Positions 37,260 to 48,500 of a stretch of DNA of 64,000 nt are shown here, in pieces. How positions within the stretch are numbered: the stretch's first letter is position 1; each line of letters begins with the position of its first letter. The position numbers and the translations under genes were made by a program. The DNA is from a virus. The stretch spans positions 1 to 64,000 of the IMG/VR virus record IMGVR_UViG_3300025617_000009; one strand, written 5' to 3'. The notes under the pieces are model-generated. The model searched no databases and was not told the origin of the DNA. It worked only from the letters and a program-made list of their open reading frames with translations.

Positions 37260-37829
37260 TTAACTTCCTAGTGGGCTTTTTGAATTTTCTGTGTCGTCAA
37301 TGTCAGCACTTTCGCCTTTTGGAGCACCTTCCATTGGGTCGTTTTCTTTTTCTTTACGAACTTGTTCTAGTTCTTTGAGCAAGTCCATTACACGATTACT
37401 GCCTACAGTGTCTTGTGCAGAGTTTTCAGCTGCACCTTTTTCCATTTCTTCTGTAGTTAGTAATGCTTCATATGGTTCGTTTGATTTTGCTTCTTGATAT
37501 TCTTCTTGTGCTTCACCAACTCCGCGAACAATAAGATGGCTTACAGGAATATCACAACAATACGGAATGTACTGTTCTAATACTTGTCTAGTAGTTGGAT
37601 AGTTTAAACTTACTTCAAAGTACGTAACTTCCATGTTTTGCAGTTGTGGGAAATCCAAAGGACGCTCTTGAATAGGAGTTTTCTTACCACTACTCATGTT
37701 TGCAACACTAAACTTTTGTAATGCTGTTTCTATTTTATCTACGCAACCTTCTGGTAGCTCACCAGCAACTCCAATCTTGAAGTCATAGGTCTTTTTTGAT
37801 TCTGTTAAATATTCTACTAAACTTTTCAT
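37260..37829 (-). CDS. Putative head-internal protein with capsid-targeting-like N-terminus
   Basis: MKSLVEYLTE resembles the T4 CTS (MKTYQEFIAE); TAAATA 5 nt before ATG. Confidence 0.6.
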   Translation of the reverse strand: MKSLVEYLTESKKTYDFKIGVAGELPEGCVDKIETALQKFSVANMSSGKKTPIQERPLDFPQLQNMEVTYFEVSLNYPTTRQVLEQYIPYCCDIPVSHLIVRGVGEAQEEYQEAKSNEPYEALLTTEEMEKGAAENSAQDTVGSNRVMDLLKELEQVRKEKENDPMEGAPKGESADIDDTENSKSPLGS

Positions 37830-37833
37830 AATA

Positions 37834-38325
37834 TTATTTATCCTTGTCTAACCCTTTTAGACGTTCTAGAAGACTGTTTCTATCAGTTACTACGTAACCT
37901 TCTCCATTGATTAAACCAGCATCTTCAATGGACGAATCCTTGTCCATCTTTTCTTTTTTAAGTTGTAGTTCAACCATCTTGAGTTTTTTATCTAACTTAG
38001 CAACTTTACTGTCTAGGTTAGTTTTTAAGAAAGTACTAGCAACTTCAAACACTCTGCCTGAGTATCTGCTTTCTACATTCATGCCAAGATCCATTAAATC
38101 TTCGTAGGCTTGCATGGCTTTGTCTGCAACGATGTCCAGTTCTTCATCCGCCATGTCGCCTAGCCCTTTTACTTTAGGCAAGGCTGAAGCAATCTTGTCA
38201 AACTCTGCAATCTCTCTTACAACTTCTTTGTTTTTTTGACTGGGAGTTTTAGGCTTTTCTTTTGCTTGTTCAACAAACTCTTGGTTCTCAGGTAAGTTTA
38301 ATAAATCTTCTAGTTTCTTAGTCAT
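37834..38325 (-). CDS. Terminase small subunit candidate (gp16-like)
   Basis: Helical; GRVFEVA..FLK resembles the gp16-family R..EV...L.K segment; near terL. Confidence 0.55.
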   Translation of the reverse strand: MTKKLEDLLNLPENQEFVEQAKEKPKTPSQKNKEVVREIAEFDKIASALPKVKGLGDMADEELDIVADKAMQAYEDLMDLGMNVESRYSGRVFEVASTFLKTNLDSKVAKLDKKLKMVELQLKKEKMDKDSSIEDAGLINGEGYVVTDRNSLLERLKGLDKDK

Positions 38326-38356
38326 AGTTTTTTCCAGCATTATATGCTACTATTAT

Positions 38357-38794
38357 TTATCTACGTCTTCCTTGATGGAAAATATCCTTTTCGCTAATGA
38401 CTCTAAAGCGTATTCCTTTTTGTTTACACCATGAGTTAGCAGCTTCCCACTTGGCTTGATTCATTACCCAATGTGCTTGATTATGTTTTGATGTGCCTAG
38501 TTTTTCTTTCAGTGTTTGATTTTCTGGTTTGACTTCTATCAGTTCTACTAGTTTTTTACCATTTTTATCTGCATACGCAATAAAGAAGTCTGGTACATAT
38601 ATTGTTTGCTTGCCGCTTAAAGGATTACGATACGGAATCTTTATTGCTTCACTTGCCCATTTTTCTACACTAGGATGCTCGTCGCAGAACCGCATAAATG
38701 CAAACTCCCAACTTGAACGATAGGTAGGAGTTTTGTTACCCATGTACTTTTCTGGGTTTTTAAGATTAAATTTTCCTTGAGCAAATCTAGACAT
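38357..38794 (-). CDS. gp4: Head completion nuclease (T4 gp4/TnsA-like)
   Basis: NPEKY, YRSSWE, WASE..IPY, YVPDF, IEVKP, NQAKWEAA. Confidence 0.88.
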   Translation of the reverse strand: MSRFAQGKFNLKNPEKYMGNKTPTYRSSWEFAFMRFCDEHPSVEKWASEAIKIPYRNPLSGKQTIYVPDFFIAYADKNGKKLVELIEVKPENQTLKEKLGTSKHNQAHWVMNQAKWEAANSWCKQKGIRFRVISEKDIFHQGRRR

Positions 38795-38799
38795 ATCAT

Positions 38800-41700
38800 T
38801 TAATTAAATTTAAAACTTACAGGATAAAACTCGCTAGACCCTGTATTTGACAGCGTTCCTCCATTACTAGGATCTAACCATACTATTTTTTCAACTATAG
38901 ATGATCCAGCATACCAAATCCATAATCCAGTAGGCTCGCTAGGATTGAGTGTAATAGTGCCAGAACTTAGATTAGCATATTCGCCGTCACTATCACCCGA
39001 ATACTGTCTACCTATTTTTGTATCTTTAGTCACAGTAAGTTCTACAGTATCGCCTACAAAATAAGTTTTTGTTTTGATAGTATTGTTAAGAAAAATTCTA
39101 TCAGGTCCTTCAGTATAAAATGTGCCAGTAGATATTGAATAGGTTTGATTAGGTGTGTCATCATAGAACGGTGCCCAATTATCTCCTGTAAAACTTGGAA
39201 TAGCATTACCTGCACTATCGGTTGCACTAGTAATATTCACAGTCATAAAATTACCTTTAAGGACTGGTCCCGCTTTAAGTGTAAAAACCCAAGTAGGAGT
39301 TGTTCGCATTGAGTTATCAATAGTTGGTGTATCAGTTACGGTTAATGTGCCTGTGGGATTATCAAAATAATCACTGGCATTACCTTGATCGACAGTGATT
39401 TCATAATCAAAAGTAGTACCCGCAGGAATGTTATATAGTATTGCATATATGCCTAGTTTGGCTCCTGGTGGGTAATAATAGTCGGTCGTTGATCCGCTTA
39501 CTAAAGAGTATACTCTTCCACTTGAACTAGTATCCCAGTACAGTTGTACTCTAGACCAATCAGGCGTTCTAGTTGTTCCGTCATCTATTACGTTAATTGT
39601 TAATGAATCCTGGTTGGCTCCGTCGTCGACAGAAATAGTCAACGTTTGTGTAGATTCTATTGCTTCGTTTTGAAGAACAAAAAAACTTGCTGTGCCTGTA
39701 TTGTTGTTTATTATAAAATATTGACGTCCTGGAATTCCGTCACCGCTGCCGTCACTCAATTCGTAGTACCAATTTCCGCTAGTTGATGTTATGTTAAATG
39801 GAACTATAGTTCCATCTGGAACATTTGTTGTAGTAAGTGTAACAACAAACGTGCCGTCTCCTTCTGTTACTGTGCTCGGACCTGATAACGTGTATGTTCT
39901 TGTAGGCACAGGAATACCACTAGGTAATAATGTAATTTTAGCTGCATTAGGATTTAAAGTTAAATAGTTTTCCATGCTTGTGTATTGTTCGTAGTTGAAT
40001 GTAGAACTAGACGTCCCAGGTACTAATAAGATTGATCTTGATTGAGTTGCATTTATGTTTTTAGTAGGGATTGTAATTTTAGTAACAGTATACATAGGCA
40101 CAGCATCACTTGGCACATTACGAACAAGTTCTCCTGTGCTATAATATAGTCTTTGTAAAGTACCGGTTTCCCAGTTTAAAGAATCATATCTGTCATCTGT
40201 ATCAGGAGTGTTATCCCATTCCCAAGGATAGAATGACCAATAATCGTCGGTGTTTTCAGAATCATGAAATACATATAACTCTAAATCTTCACCTTCTGTG
40301 ATAGTTGTTTTAGGATATTTTACAAAAAAGTTTATAGCTCTATCTGAATCGCCATTGCTCATTGTAAGTTTTTTTGTAGATATAAAAGGTGCTTTTAGAA
40401 GTTTATTCGGACCGCCGAATATTGTTGATGACGATGTATAATCATCTGTCTGTCCAGTACCTTTCATATGATTGTCCCAAGCAAGTTGTACAATATAATC
40501 TTTAAACTGGTAATGATTCCATTTACGCCTTGCTTCTGCAAGTTGGGCAATTACTCCAGTAACTTGCGGACATGCCATCGACGTGCCAGAAATTGCAATA
40601 GCTTTATAGTTAGAATCTAAGACATAGTTGCCTCTATAATCATTATTGTATTGATCCCATATTGTACAACCTTCAGGTATAGCTCCCATAATCCAACTTC
40701 CAGGTGCATATAAATCTACTCCTGGACCTGCATTACTAAAACTCGATCTTATATTGTTTGTTGGAGGGTTCCAGCCACTAGTACTTCCGTTACCAAAATC
40801 CATGGCTCCTACAGTTATTACGTCTCCGTGACCTGGAGTTGTTCCTCTGTGATAATATCTAGTACCATATACACTTGAAGTCCAGTAGTTGTCGTAGTCA
40901 TCGCCTCCTGGAATATCTACCTTGTGTTTGTCATTACCTGCTGCGGCAACAACTATTATTCCTGCATCAATACAGTCTTGTATATCAGCATCAACAGAAG
41001 CAAAGTGTACAGGAAAAATATAATCTCCGTCAACATTTTGTTGTGATTCTACCATGCCGTATTGCGATTGCATGGTAGTTGCTGTCCAAGGAGTTCCTCG
41101 ATAATTGCCGCCTGTGATATTTGTATACGGAGCAAAATACCCCCAGCTGTTACTCATTATTGTAGGATTGTCGTTGCTTTTATTCAAATGCCATAATCTC
41201 ATTAAATTAATAGCAAGACTTGTTCCAAATGCATCTGTATCAAAAATTTTAATGGCATAGATGTTAGCAGAAGGAGCCCATCCAAATCTTGCTCCTGCGG
41301 CAGTACTTGAACAATGTGTGCCATGACCGTACTGGTCTGTATAGTGCTGAGGTCCTTGTGTATATGAGCCAGATAAACCCGCTTCTGCAGGCCAATCAAC
41401 TTGTTGAAGTCTACTTACACCTGTAATGGGATCTTTCCATTCAGGATGATCTGCAAGGATACCGCTATCACAGATTACAATGTCTACATTTTTTCCAGAA
41501 GCAGTTATACCATCAACCCATCCGTCTGGACGCAATGTAAAACTTCGAGTACCGTGTGTACTCATCCATTTACCCCAGTCAGTTTTGTCTGCGTCGTAAA
41601 ATCCCTGAATGGATGTTCTATTTCCTGTTCGTCCAATATTATGAAGTAGTTCGCCGCCGTTTTCTATTTTAGAACCTACTCGTACATCTATAACACGACT

Positions 41701-41868
41701 ATCTGTTTTTAAATCTTCAACTTGTTCTGCAGTCATTAATAGATCAAAATTACGCAAACTTTCTGGCTTTTCATTATGCACAGTAAAGCCAGCATCGTGC
41801 ATTTCTTGCATGAAGTTTGCTTTGTCTATGCCTTTATGAAGAGTAACTACACAGCGTTGTTCAGACAT
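38800..41868 (-). CDS. S8 subtilisin-like serine protease with C-terminal Ig/Calx-beta-like domains
   Basis: Catalytic triad CDSG, HGTHCSS, GTSMACPQV; AAAGN oxyanion motif; TVTEG...TLTTTNVPDGT domain. Confidence 0.9.
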   Translation of the reverse strand: MSEQRCVVTLHKGIDKANFMQEMHDAGFTVHNEKPESLRNFDLLMTAEQVEDLKTDSRVIDVRVGSKIENGGELLHNIGRTGNRTSIQGFYDADKTDWGKWMSTHGTRSFTLRPDGWVDGITASGKNVDIVICDSGILADHPEWKDPITGVSRLQQVDWPAEAGLSGSYTQGPQHYTDQYGHGTHCSSTAAGARFGWAPSANIYAIKIFDTDAFGTSLAINLMRLWHLNKSNDNPTIMSNSWGYFAPYTNITGGNYRGTPWTATTMQSQYGMVESQQNVDGDYIFPVHFASVDADIQDCIDAGIIVVAAAGNDKHKVDIPGGDDYDNYWTSSVYGTRYYHRGTTPGHGDVITVGAMDFGNGSTSGWNPPTNNIRSSFSNAGPGVDLYAPGSWIMGAIPEGCTIWDQYNNDYRGNYVLDSNYKAIAISGTSMACPQVTGVIAQLAEARRKWNHYQFKDYIVQLAWDNHMKGTGQTDDYTSSSTIFGGPNKLLKAPFISTKKLTMSNGDSDRAINFFVKYPKTTITEGEDLELYVFHDSENTDDYWSFYPWEWDNTPDTDDRYDSLNWETGTLQRLYYSTGELVRNVPSDAVPMYTVTKITIPTKNINATQSRSILLVPGTSSSTFNYEQYTSMENYLTLNPNAAKITLLPSGIPVPTRTYTLSGPSTVTEGDGTFVVTLTTTNVPDGTIVPFNITSTSGNWYYELSDGSGDGIPGRQYFIINNNTGTASFFVLQNEAIESTQTLTISVDDGANQDSLTINVIDDGTTRTPDWSRVQLYWDTSSSGRVYSLVSGSTTDYYYPPGAKLGIYAILYNIPAGTTFDYEITVDQGNASDYFDNPTGTLTVTDTPTIDNSMRTTPTWVFTLKAGPVLKGNFMTVNITSATDSAGNAIPSFTGDNWAPFYDDTPNQTYSISTGTFYTEGPDRIFLNNTIKTKTYFVGDTVELTVTKDTKIGRQYSGDSDGEYANLSSGTITLNPSEPTGLWIWYAGSSIVEKIVWLDPSNGGTLSNTGSSEFYPVSFKFN

Positions 41869-41877
41869 CTAAGTTCC

Positions 41878-43149
41878 TTAGTAAAGTGCGTTCCACGACA
41901 CACCGTCATAAAATACAGGATAAGGAGTGGATCCTCCTTTAGAAGCAGGGTCCCAGTTAGTTGCATCTGCTACAGCAAAACTTCCACTAACTGCTGTCGG
42001 AGCACTTGTTTGTGCAGTAAGTTCTAAGACATTCGTTGCAGAAATACTTCCATCTACTGCTAATACACCTGCGCTGTTTCCTGTATTAAAAACAAAATCT
42101 GCTCCACTGTCAAATGTAGGATTTCCTACACCTGTAAAAACAAAATCAGTTGCTGTAACTGTGTTAAAGATAACATCGTCTGTGGTGTTTAATGTTTGAT
42201 CTCCTCCGCCGGGTAATCCTGTAACAGTGGCTCCTGAAAAATCAACTCCTGCTTGAAATTCTACATTAGAGGTAAATGTTGTACCTTGTTGAGCAATTTG
42301 TAATCCTACTACATTTACATCTGTAAAATCTACAGTTGCAGTTGAATCAAATCGTAAACTATTTTCAATAGTAACATCACTTTGGAATATTGTATTATTT
42401 GCAATGTTAATAGTGCTCGAATCGTCTGTGCTAATAACACTGCTTGCAAAACTAAAGTTTCCAACGCTATCTGGTATATCTCCTAGAGTAATATATCCTG
42501 CATCATTTGTCAATTCGCTTACAGCAGATACTAGTCTATTATTACTATCTGTTAAGTCATCAATATCTTGAGGGATAACATTGTTATTATCAGTTAGCGT
42601 ACTAATATCAACAGGTATTGCAGGCTTGTTAGTTAAATCGTTATAGCTACCGCTAAACAGTAATGAGTTAATATCTGCCAGTTCAGACACATCTTGCGGG
42701 ATGGTAGGCTTGTTTGTTAAACTAGTATACGAACCATCAAAGGTAAACACTGGTGGTACATCGATTAAATCGTTGAAAGATCCTGTGTAGGCAACAGCTG
42801 ACAATGGATTTACATAACCCTGCGTTGTAGGACTTCCATAGGTTACATCTGTTAGTAACTTGCGCCAAGCGCCACTATGTGCATAGTACAAAGCTCCTGT
42901 GCTTGCAACGTGTATGGTCATACCAGTATAGGTATTTGGATTGTAGTTTGCTAGACTTGCTTCGTCTGCAACAGTGTTAGAATAAGAAATAAGATTATTG
43001 CCAAAATCTATATCTTCACCGCCAATGTCTGGATCACTGGCAAGAGTTGCTTCTACAGCATCTACTCTTGTGTCTAGTTCTGTAAAGTTTCCGTCTAACT
43101 CTGCGTGAGTAAGAGCTGTACCTTTTGTTGTTCTTAATGTTATTGCCAT
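41878..43149 (-). CDS. Tail fibre-like protein with GSY.DL.NKP repeats
   Basis: MAITLRTTKGTALTHAELDGNF anchor; repeated GSYNDLTNKP.IP and SELTNDAGY. Confidence 0.7.
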   Translation of the reverse strand: MAITLRTTKGTALTHAELDGNFTELDTRVDAVEATLASDPDIGGEDIDFGNNLISYSNTVADEASLANYNPNTYTGMTIHVASTGALYYAHSGAWRKLLTDVTYGSPTTQGYVNPLSAVAYTGSFNDLIDVPPVFTFDGSYTSLTNKPTIPQDVSELADINSLLFSGSYNDLTNKPAIPVDISTLTDNNNVIPQDIDDLTDSNNRLVSAVSELTNDAGYITLGDIPDSVGNFSFASSVISTDDSSTINIANNTIFQSDVTIENSLRFDSTATVDFTDVNVVGLQIAQQGTTFTSNVEFQAGVDFSGATVTGLPGGGDQTLNTTDDVIFNTVTATDFVFTGVGNPTFDSGADFVFNTGNSAGVLAVDGSISATNVLELTAQTSAPTAVSGSFAVADATNWDPASKGGSTPYPVFYDGVSWNALY

Positions 43150-43157
43150 TTTAGTTC

Positions 43158-43598
43158 CTACACTACATATCCTGGTTCAACAAATCCAGGTTCCATAAAC
43201 GTTGTTGTATCGCCTACCTCAACAGGTACAGGAACAGTATCACCGATATTTCTAGATTCGAGTCTATTTCCTGTTTGCACTTTGTAACCGATACTACTAA
43301 TATTTTCTCTGTTATAATTTAATATTTCTGCAACCACTGCATCTAGTTGTATTTTATTAAAGTTTTTAATACCATCTAATAGTTCAAATGTTTTTATATT
43401 GTCTATCTTTGCTTGTTGTAATAATACTCCTGCAACTGATGTTGCACTTGATTTACCAAAGCCGCGCTTTTCAAAAAAACCTACAACAGCATCAATTTCG
43501 TTAGCAGGAAATGCAATTTTTTTAGTAAAATATCTATTATAAAATTCTTTTACTTTATCGGCACTGTCTTTAGAAACCGTTTTAGGTAAACTGCTCAT
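43158..43598 (-). CDS. Hypothetical tail/baseplate-associated protein
   Basis: 146 aa within the tail operon. Confidence 0.6.
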   Translation of the reverse strand: MSSLPKTVSKDSADKVKEFYNRYFTKKIAFPANEIDAVVGFFEKRGFGKSSATSVAGVLLQQAKIDNIKTFELLDGIKNFNKIQLDAVVAEILNYNRENISSIGYKVQTGNRLESRNIGDTVPVPVEVGDTTTFMEPGFVEPGYVV

Positions 43599-44788
43599 TA
43601 TAATCCGCCTCTTATTCTTCCTGCTGCATCTACGTTAGTTAAATCTGCATTACTAACTTTACTATTTGCTTTACCTGTTTCAACAGCGCCTTGTATTCTC
43701 TGTGCATAGTTGCTTGCCGAAGCATTTACTGCTCCGCCAAACGCTTCTAATTTTTGGAAAAAGCCGCCGCTGCCTGTGTTCTTAGGAAAACTATAGCCCG
43801 AGCTATTTCCTGACTGATCTTTGGCTGCCTGCTGTATTGCACCTTTAAATACATTCAAACCTTCTTCTCTAAGTCCTTCTGCAGAAAGACCTTTTGCATT
43901 ACCAAATGTATTAGCAGCATTTAAAATAGTTCCTAGACCTACATTGCCTGTAGCAATATCATTTGCAATATTGCTAATCCCAGATAATATGCCACCTTGA
44001 CCTAACAAACTTTGTGTTCCGCCGCCTTGTATAGTTAATGGGCTCGGTGTTGGATCGTAGTGTTCTTTTGCAAATCCAGGAGGGGAATCTTCTCCTGTTG
44101 CTCCGCTATCGTAAAATACCGCTTCGTATGCAACTTGCATGGTGTTTTCTGATACTCCTGATGCATCAGTTTGATCCATAGTGTCATGTCCAAAACTTGT
44201 TACAATAGGATTAACTAATGTGTATGATACATATGAATGGCGAGCCATTTGATATATTGTAATTCTATCAAAAAATGGTGTTTTACTTCCTGCATCTAGA
44301 CCGTATCTATACTTGTGAGATGTATCGCCTTTATATGTATTTCTAGAATCGTATGCACCAGGTTTAGAACCTTGATTGCCGTCATTATAATAGTATCTAT
44401 AGTAATACTGCATTAACGTGCTAGTAATACCAAAATTATCGTCGTGGAAGTTAATATTGATCGGTTCGTATTCTAATGTAGTTTGTAGATTCTTTTTTCT
44501 GTTATACATGTTTTTAGTAACAGTATTAACAGAATAGCTAGGCAAATCAACACCTTTGACTAGTAGATTAATTTCGTTGCGATGACGCTGAACTAAATTT
44601 GGAACTAGATCCTGTGCTTCACTGCTCAAACTTAAAACAACATGATAAAGATATTTTGTTTTAGGAGCAAGTCTAAAAGCATCATCTACGTATAATCTAG
44701 CGGCATGTTTATAATCTCCAAAAGTTCCTTTCGGATTGGATGCCCCACTTACTAAATTATCTAAAAACCCGTTGAGTATATTTGCCAT
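43598..44788 (-). CDS. Tail-tube-related baseplate protein (gp54/gp48-like)
   Basis: VKGVDLP.Y, YEPININFHDD, L.NP...F.HD tube-fold motifs; adjacent to the tube gene. Confidence 0.65.
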   Translation of the reverse strand: MANILNGFLDNLVSGASNPKGTFGDYKHAARLYVDDAFRLAPKTKYLYHVVLSLSSEAQDLVPNLVQRHRNEINLLVKGVDLPSYSVNTVTKNMYNRKKNLQTTLEYEPININFHDDNFGITSTLMQYYYRYYYNDGNQGSKPGAYDSRNTYKGDTSHKYRYGLDAGSKTPFFDRITIYQMARHSYVSYTLVNPIVTSFGHDTMDQTDASGVSENTMQVAYEAVFYDSGATGEDSPPGFAKEHYDPTPSPLTIQGGGTQSLLGQGGILSGISNIANDIATGNVGLGTILNAANTFGNAKGLSAEGLREEGLNVFKGAIQQAAKDQSGNSSGYSFPKNTGSGGFFQKLEAFGGAVNASASNYAQRIQGAVETGKANSKVSNADLTNVDAAGRIRGGL

Positions 44789-44821
44789 AATAGTATTTAT
44801 ACCATTTTATAATGTGCGTAT

Positions 44822-44850
44822 AAAACAAAAGGAGCTATTATAGCTCCTTT
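44822..44850 (-). terminator. Rho-independent terminator after the tail tube gene
   Basis: AAAGGAGCTA-TAA-TAGCTCCTTTTGTTTT. Confidence 0.8.
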
Positions 44851-44876
44851 CGCTCGGCATTTCAACTTAAAAAGTA

Positions 44877-45503
44877 TTAAGCACCGCCACCTGTAATTAG
44901 GCTTCCTACAGTTCTACCTACAGCAGTACCAATACCTTCACCTTGTGGTGATTGTATTGCATTATCATAGCGGATTGCTAGGGTAATTTGTACTGGATCG
45001 TTTGTAGCATATGCTAGCGTGTTGTAGTTAGCATTTTGTACAAAGCAACCGTATAGTTCGAATGTTTCTAGTACGTTTGGTGTATTAGCACCGTTGCCGC
45101 CGTCTAAAATTTCAATACGTGTTGTAAACTTATAATCAATGCCTGAAGCTGCACTTGACTGTTCAAAGAAGTCAAACTGCTTTTGTAGTTGTTCGCCGAC
45201 TAACTTCTGTACATTATTGTTTACATCTTCACGTAAATTTAATGTAATTGGATCCCATGCATGCTTACCAGCTAGGTAAACACGTGAGTTGTAAACAGGA
45301 ACTTCAATTTCTTCAAAGTTAACTGTCGGACGAGTTACGTCAATAACTTGTTTAGTTAATTCTGTAGTAGGTGTTGAAACACCAAAGTTCTCTAATGTCA
45401 CTCTAAAGCGGTATTGTAGCTTAGGCATTAACAAGCCTTGACTTGCTGCACTATTATCGCTTGCTAGTGGCACTGTAATTTTTGATAGTGTTGAAATTGC
45501 CAT
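44877..45503 (-). CDS. gp19: Tail tube protein (gp19-like)
   Basis: PKLQYRFRV, LAGKHAWDPITL, LYGCF...L.Y, IRYDNA; downstream of the sheath gene. Confidence 0.85.
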   Translation of the reverse strand: MAISTLSKITVPLASDNSAASQGLLMPKLQYRFRVTLENFGVSTPTTELTKQVIDVTRPTVNFEEIEVPVYNSRVYLAGKHAWDPITLNLREDVNNNVQKLVGEQLQKQFDFFEQSSAASGIDYKFTTRIEILDGGNGANTPNVLETFELYGCFVQNANYNTLAYATNDPVQITLAIRYDNAIQSPQGEGIGTAVGRTVGSLITGGGA

Positions 45504-45530
45504 CTTAATCTCCTATATAACTATTTAGCC

Positions 45531-45554
45531 AAAATAGGTCCCCTTGCGGGGACC
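45531..45554 (-). terminator. Terminator after the sheath gene
   Basis: GGTCCCC-GCAA-GGGGACC-TATTTT. Confidence 0.75.
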
Positions 45555-45560
45555 CACTTT

Positions 45561-48500
45561 TTATAGGCCTGCGATCTCGCCTGTATTCTTCAATCTTAAT
45601 GGAATGTAGATGAATTCAACTGCCTTAACAGGTTCAATAGCAATGTCTAAGTATAGTTCATTTCTATCAATTCTGTTTGGAGTGTTGTTAGATTCATCAC
45701 AAACAACTAAGAAGTCATACAGTGCTCTTTGTCCTACTAATTCTAGTAATAGACTTTCAGTTGCGCCTTTGATCTCGTCTCGTGTGATCTTATCGTTTGG
45801 TTCAAAGATGTAAGGTTTGGCAAGTTTGTTTAGTTGACTACGTAAGTAGATAACTAAACGTGCAACGTTAATTCTATCAAGCGCACTTGCATTTCTTGCA
45901 CGAGTCTTCTGACCGTAGTTAACAAGTCCTGCACCATTTAAGAATGTAATCGGGTTAACGTTGTTAGCGTATAATGTATCACGCTGTCCTTCGTTAAGTG
46001 CAACACTTACAAACTCGCCTTCGGCATTAATATAACCTGATGAAGTTGCGTTTGTAATACCACCACGTCTTGTACCTGCTGGTGCAAACCATGGATAGCT
46101 AACTTGATCGCTAAGTGCAATAGTTCTTAGAATCATATGCGAAGCTGGAACAACAACATTGTTACCAAAGTTATCACTTGTAAAGCCTGCTGGGTAGAAG
46201 ATACCTAAGTATTCGTCGAAACTTACAAGTCCGTCGTCGTTGTCTTCTACTGCTAGTCTTACGTTGTTTGCCCAATCGTTTAGTGATGTAGCATCAGGTG
46301 TTAAACGGAATGGTGAATCACCTACGATAAACGCACTTAGTCCACGATCATAGTTTAATGATACCATTTCACCGATAAGCTCTGGATATCCTGGAGTTGC
46401 CATTAGGTTAAACGGTCTTGCTTCGTCGTCTCTAATATCATCATTAGAGTTAAGCATTGCTTGTAGAGCCTGTACAACAACTTTACGTTGTGCAACTCTG
46501 CCAAATGCACCTGAACCATCAGCGTTGTTAGCTGACTCTGTTACCCAGCGATGAGGATAATAGTTTTCCATGTTCTCGCCGCCGCTTAAGCCTGGATCAT
46601 AACGATTGTTGTCTGCAACTACATCAACATAGTTACGTACAAAACGCTTAACGTTAAATCCGCTTCTACGAGTATTAAACAACAACATTCCTTTCGGATA
46701 TAGTGCTGGATCTGGAGCATCAAAATCTAAGAAGTTACTAGAAAGTAAATCTACAATTGAACTTGCTTCGTCTGTAGCATTAACTCCAGCATCTGTCCAA
46801 CGTGCATCAGCAAATAAAACACCATTATCTGTTGTTTGATCTGAACTGTCTAATAAATTCCACTTTAGACTGTCGCCGTTGTATCTGTAAATCAACGGAT
46901 AATTATCAATGTCAGCAGTGCTAACCCAAAGGTCACCATTTACTAATGCAGTTCCGTCTGACTGTTCAGTTGGTTCAGTCGCTGATACAATAGGTCCTTG
47001 AGGATCTGTTTGTAGTACAGGACTCGAATCATAAAACGGCGCAGCCGGTCCAAATGCAGGATCGCTACCGTCATACTGATAACCAACCCAAGTAGTACCG
47101 TTGTGAATCATAATGTCGCACTCGTCAACAACTGAACTGTACCATAAAGCACCGTCTGCTGTTAATGAAGTAGGAGCATCTGTTGAGTTTTCTGCAACTA
47201 GTGGCTTCCAGTTAGAGATAACATAATCATAGAATGTATCTCCAGTTGGCGCATCGTAGAAATTAGCAGTAGCAGTAGTAATTCCGATAGCTGCTAATAC
47301 AGCGTCTGGATCGTTAATTTTAATCTCGCCGCCTTCTACATGACTAATAGTAAGTTTATTTTGTGCGTCTACTGATGCTAAAACTTTAGTTAATGCACTG
47401 GAGTTAATTGCTTCTGCAATAGTTTCAGCATCAGTTGAATCTCCAGCAAGTGTCATTGGAATAAAGACTAAGGTGCTGTAACTATCGCTACCTGCTGTTG
47501 TTTCAACGATGTTAAATGCTGCAGGTCCAGCTGCAGGAACCGACGATCCGCCAACTACTGCCGACGTTACAGAAGCATATCCTGTCGAGTTTCTACGATA
47601 AATTTTAAAATCTGCAACAGGGTTAGCTGCCGATTCAACGTCTGCTTTGACGTATAAATCTCCAACTGCTAAATTTGTGCCGCCGCCTGTGCGATCCAGC
47701 CCGTATAATGCAAGTTCTGGGCTTGTGTATACAGGTGCAGTAATTTCGTCCCAAAGCAGAGTAGCATCGTTCCATTCTCTTACACGGAATCTAGCGCCGC
47801 CGTTTGGTTCTGTGGTTTTAACCCAAAGAGAACCTGTTGGTCTAGCATCTTCATAACTCTTGTAAGTAGGTACGTCTGTATGCGGACTAACCTGTAATAC
47901 AGGAGCTGCATAAGTTTTTGCTTCTAGTCCTAGTTTAGCTAAGATAGGTGTATTAACAAGATTAATGTCTGGGCCTGATGAACGAAGTTCTAATGCTCCG
48001 CCAGTTTCTCTTGCACTAATTCCTGTAATATTAGCTTGATTAATATTGTTTACTAGGCTTGATATAGTAGCGCCTGTTGTAGTAATATTATTTCCGCCAA
48101 TGTTAATAGATTCGCCAGGAGTAATATTATGACCAGATGTAACTGTTCCTAGAGCAGTAGTTAAACTTGCCTTCCACTCTTCTGTACCAACTTCTACCCA
48201 AGTACCTGCAGCAACTTGTCCGTCACCTTGGTCGTTGCCTGCGTTTCCGCCTGACTTGTAATAAGTTCTAATTAAATTAGTAGTTGTAACAATCGCATAA
48301 TCGCCAGTTTGACCAATAGAAGGCTTAGGATCCGATGTTGCTGATCCACCGATTAAATCACTAGCACTATCGATGATAGTTGCTGTAACAGTTGTAAAAC
48401 TCTGTCCGCCTGCTGTAGAGCTAGATGCTCCGTTCCATTCTAACATACCGTATGATGTTGAATCGATGTCAAACCAATATGTGCCGTCTGCAGGATTACC

